Shown here: piece after piece, positions 61,516 to 64,000 of the stretch
How positions within the stretch are numbered: position 1 is the stretch's first letter
Layout of the letters: each line of letters starts with the position of its first letter
Notes under the pieces: generated by a model
Seen by the model: the letters and a program-made list of their open reading frames with translations, nothing else
Databases searched by the model: none
Told to the model about the DNA's origin: nothing
Made by a program: the position numbers and the translations under genes
Assembly: GCA_038087875.1 (NCBI GenBank)
Contig: JAXLNO010000529.1
Span: 310,001-374,000 of the forward strand
Source: Malacoraja senta
Lineage: Eukaryota
DNA: 64,000 bases
Direction of reading: 5' to 3'

Positions 61516-62147
61516 GACAATAGACAATAGGTGCAGGAGTAGAGGCCATTCACCCTTCGAGCCAGCACCGCCATTCAATGTGATCATGGCTGATCATCCC
61601 CAATCAGTACCCCGTTCCTGCCTTCTCCCCATATCCCCTGACTCCATTATTTTTAAGAGCCCTATCTAGCTCTCTCTTGAAAGTATCCAGAGAACCTGCC
61701 TCCACCGCCCTGTGAGTCAGAGAATTCCACAGAACCACCACTCTCTGTGAGAAAAAGTGTTTCCTCATCTCCGTTCTAAATGGCTTACCCCTTATTCTTA
61801 AACTGTGTGTGGCCCCTGGTTCTGCACTCCCCCAACATCGGGAGCATATTTCCTACCTCTAGCGTGTCCAAGCCCTTAACAATCTTATATGTTTCAATGA
61901 GAAACCCTCTCATCCTTCTAAACTCCAGAGTGTACAAGCCCAGCTGCTCCATTCTCTCAGCATATGACAGTCCCGCCATCCCGGGAATTAACCTTGTAAA
62001 CCTACGCTGCACTCCCCCAATAGCAATAATGTCCTTCCGCAAATTAGGGGACCAAGACTGCACACAATACTCCAGGTGTGGTCTCACCAGGGCCCAGTAC
62101 AACTGCAGAAGGACCTCTTTGATCCTACATTCCATTCCTCTTGTTAT
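61516..62147 (-). mobile_element. CR1 3' end
   Basis: [20 protein letters not shown]...RTRGH; (TATTGTC)n tail. Confidence 0.9.
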
Positions 62148-62151
62148 TTCA

Positions 62152-62390
62152 TTACAGCGCCAGAGACACGGGTTCTGTACGGAGTTTGCACCTTCTACCG
62201 GTGACCAAGAGGGTTTTCTCAGAGATCTTCACTTTCCTCCCACACTCCAAAGATGTGCATGTTTGTAGGTTAATTGGTATAAATGTAACATTGTCCCTAG
62301 TGTGTGTAGGATAGTGTTAATGTGCGGGGATCGCTGGTCGGTGCAGACTCGGTGGGCCAAAGGGCCTGTTTCCGCGCTGTATCCCTAAAT
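62152..62390 (+). mobile_element. HE1-type V-SINE (5'-truncated, internal deletion)
   Basis: ACAGCGCCAGAGAC.CGGGTTC...CCTCCCACACTCCAAAGA...GGGCCTGTTTCCGCGCTGTATC. Confidence 0.85.
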
Positions 62391-63233
62391 GTGAAACTTA
62401 CCATGTCACATGAAGTGTTCTCCCCGACACTGCCCCTGATACTGTGCCCTTTACCATGGACATTGAAACCCTGTGCACAAACAGAAACAGATAGGAGCAT
62501 ACAGGCAGTTCAAATATCTGGAGAAATACACCATGACAAACCAGATACTACTTTAACTGACAAAGAAATACTTTGAATTAAATGAGACGTACAAGTAAAG
62601 GAACAGTAGTGAAGTTTGGCCCAGTTTATGCAACATTTGGCAGAATGGGGAAGACAGTCTATCCCTGGCAGACTCTTCCTGCATCAGAGGACCCAGTCTT
62701 TGGAGATCCTGGGTGGAAACTAACACTAATTGGTCACCCCTTTAGAAAGGAGCAGAGAGGAGAGGAAATGGATTCTGGCAACAGACACAAACATACTAAA
62801 CCAAATATAGATTTAGACCAATTCCAAACATAGCTGCAGTTGGATGAATGGAAGGGGCAAGATTACTTAATTGTAATGATTTAAAAACAAGTGTCATGTG
62901 TAGATTGATGATGCATGTGAATCAATCACACTTAGTTGGCATCACTAACTCCGCCCCATTATAACAATTATACTAACGCCCATTCCCAGCACCGTTAGTT
63001 GAAGCAGCCAGGATGAACTGACAACACCTAAACCTGTAATGCTGCTAAGTTAATGTGCTGAATAAAGATGTGTGTAAATCTTATATGCTTTGAAGTGATT
63101 TACATGGCATCAGATGTGGTCACACCCACTCCTCTTGTATAACGGTTTTTATTTTCTATTTTGTGAGTATTGCTTTACTTCACGATGGCTTCTTCTTGTC
63201 AGAAGCCTGAGCATCTTGTCTTTGATGCCGATA

Positions 63234-63433
63234 NNNNNNNNNNNNNNNNNNNNNNNNNNNNNNNNNNNNNNNNNNNNNNNNNNNNNNNNNNNNNNNNNNN
63301 NNNNNNNNNNNNNNNNNNNNNNNNNNNNNNNNNNNNNNNNNNNNNNNNNNNNNNNNNNNNNNNNNNNNNNNNNNNNNNNNNNNNNNNNNNNNNNNNNNNN
63401 NNNNNNNNNNNNNNNNNNNNNNNNNNNNNNNNN
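63234..63433. other. Assembly gap (200 N)
   Basis: Run of N. Confidence 1.
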
Positions 63434-63631
63434 CGCATTCTAGGTATCAAGCTCTCTCTGCAAAAAAACACTTGACCTGCACAACTCGTGTAAATTTTGC
63501 CCTTCGAAGCTTAACGCTATGCTCTATAGAGATGTGTAAAAGAGATGCAATCCGATTAGGGGCTGTCAACCGTGGTCAAGAAAATCCATGGCTAACTAAT
63601 ATGAAAGACATCAATTGCATTTTCTCCCTGT

Positions 63632-63912
63632 CAAGCAAGGATGTAATGCTGAGGTTCTATAAGGCACCAGTCAAGCCATATTTGGAGCAATGTGAGCAAT
63701 TTTGGGCACCATATCTGAGGAAGGATGTGCTGGCTCTATATAGGGTCCAGAGGAGGTGTACAAGAATGATCCCAGGAATTAATGGATTAACATATGATGA
63801 GCATTTGATGGCAGTGGACCTGTACTCGCTGGATTTTAGAAGAATAAGGGGGGACCTCATTGAATCATACCAAATAGTGAAAAGCTTGGATAGAGTGGAT
63901 GTGGAGAGGATC
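63632..63912 (+). mobile_element. Older CR1 RT C-terminal fragment
   Basis: Degraded SKDVMLR.YKA.V.P.LE.C.QFWAPYLRKDVLA...RGDLIE motif. Confidence 0.8.
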
Positions 63913-64000
63913 AATTCTGGGGTCATTAACCCTCCCTTTACTCTCTTTCCCTTCAACTCCGTCATCGACTATCCCAATGGCCATGGGGGGGGGGTCCAAG

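Noticed and set aside
60802..61574. His/Thr-rich repeat ORFs (HTGHC...) resembling zinc fingers
   Set aside because: Translations of the 20-bp minisatellite; no CxxC...HxxxH spacing.
62395..63233. Short ORFs 62322-62576 and 62582-62833
   Set aside because: No recognisable domain or splice structure; the first begins inside a SINE.

Overview
Eukaryotic, repeat-dominated vertebrate DNA, most likely from an elasmobranch (skate/ray), judged from HE1-type V-SINEs, CR1 LINEs and the tandem C2H2 zinc-finger gene style. Bases 1-16.7 kb are a strongly strand-biased G-rich satellite (GGG[G]ACTGT[GT]) with a ~3.56 kb higher-order duplication; all its long ORFs are artefacts. The rest is mostly nested retrotransposons (CR1, L1, L2/Crack, Rex1/Babar, RTE-X, SINEs) and MITEs. 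Host-gene signal is limited to three things: a CpG island at ~33 kb carrying exon 1 of an AIP-like gene on the minus strand, a possible plus-strand non-coding first exon in the same island, and a frameshifted C2H2 zinc-finger exon at 54.5-56.3 kb. The most unusual structure is a ~0.9 kb element, present twice, whose two inverted arms each encode a THAP zinc-finger exon. It sits in a ~12 kb segmental duplication whose two copies later received different insertions. Also seen: tandem arrays built from one CR1 ORF2 segment, degenerate Penelope-type hammerhead motifs, an inverted duplicated coding-like fragment and a 200-N gap. Family names come from recognised motifs, not database searches, and boundaries are approximate unless a TSD or splice site is quoted.
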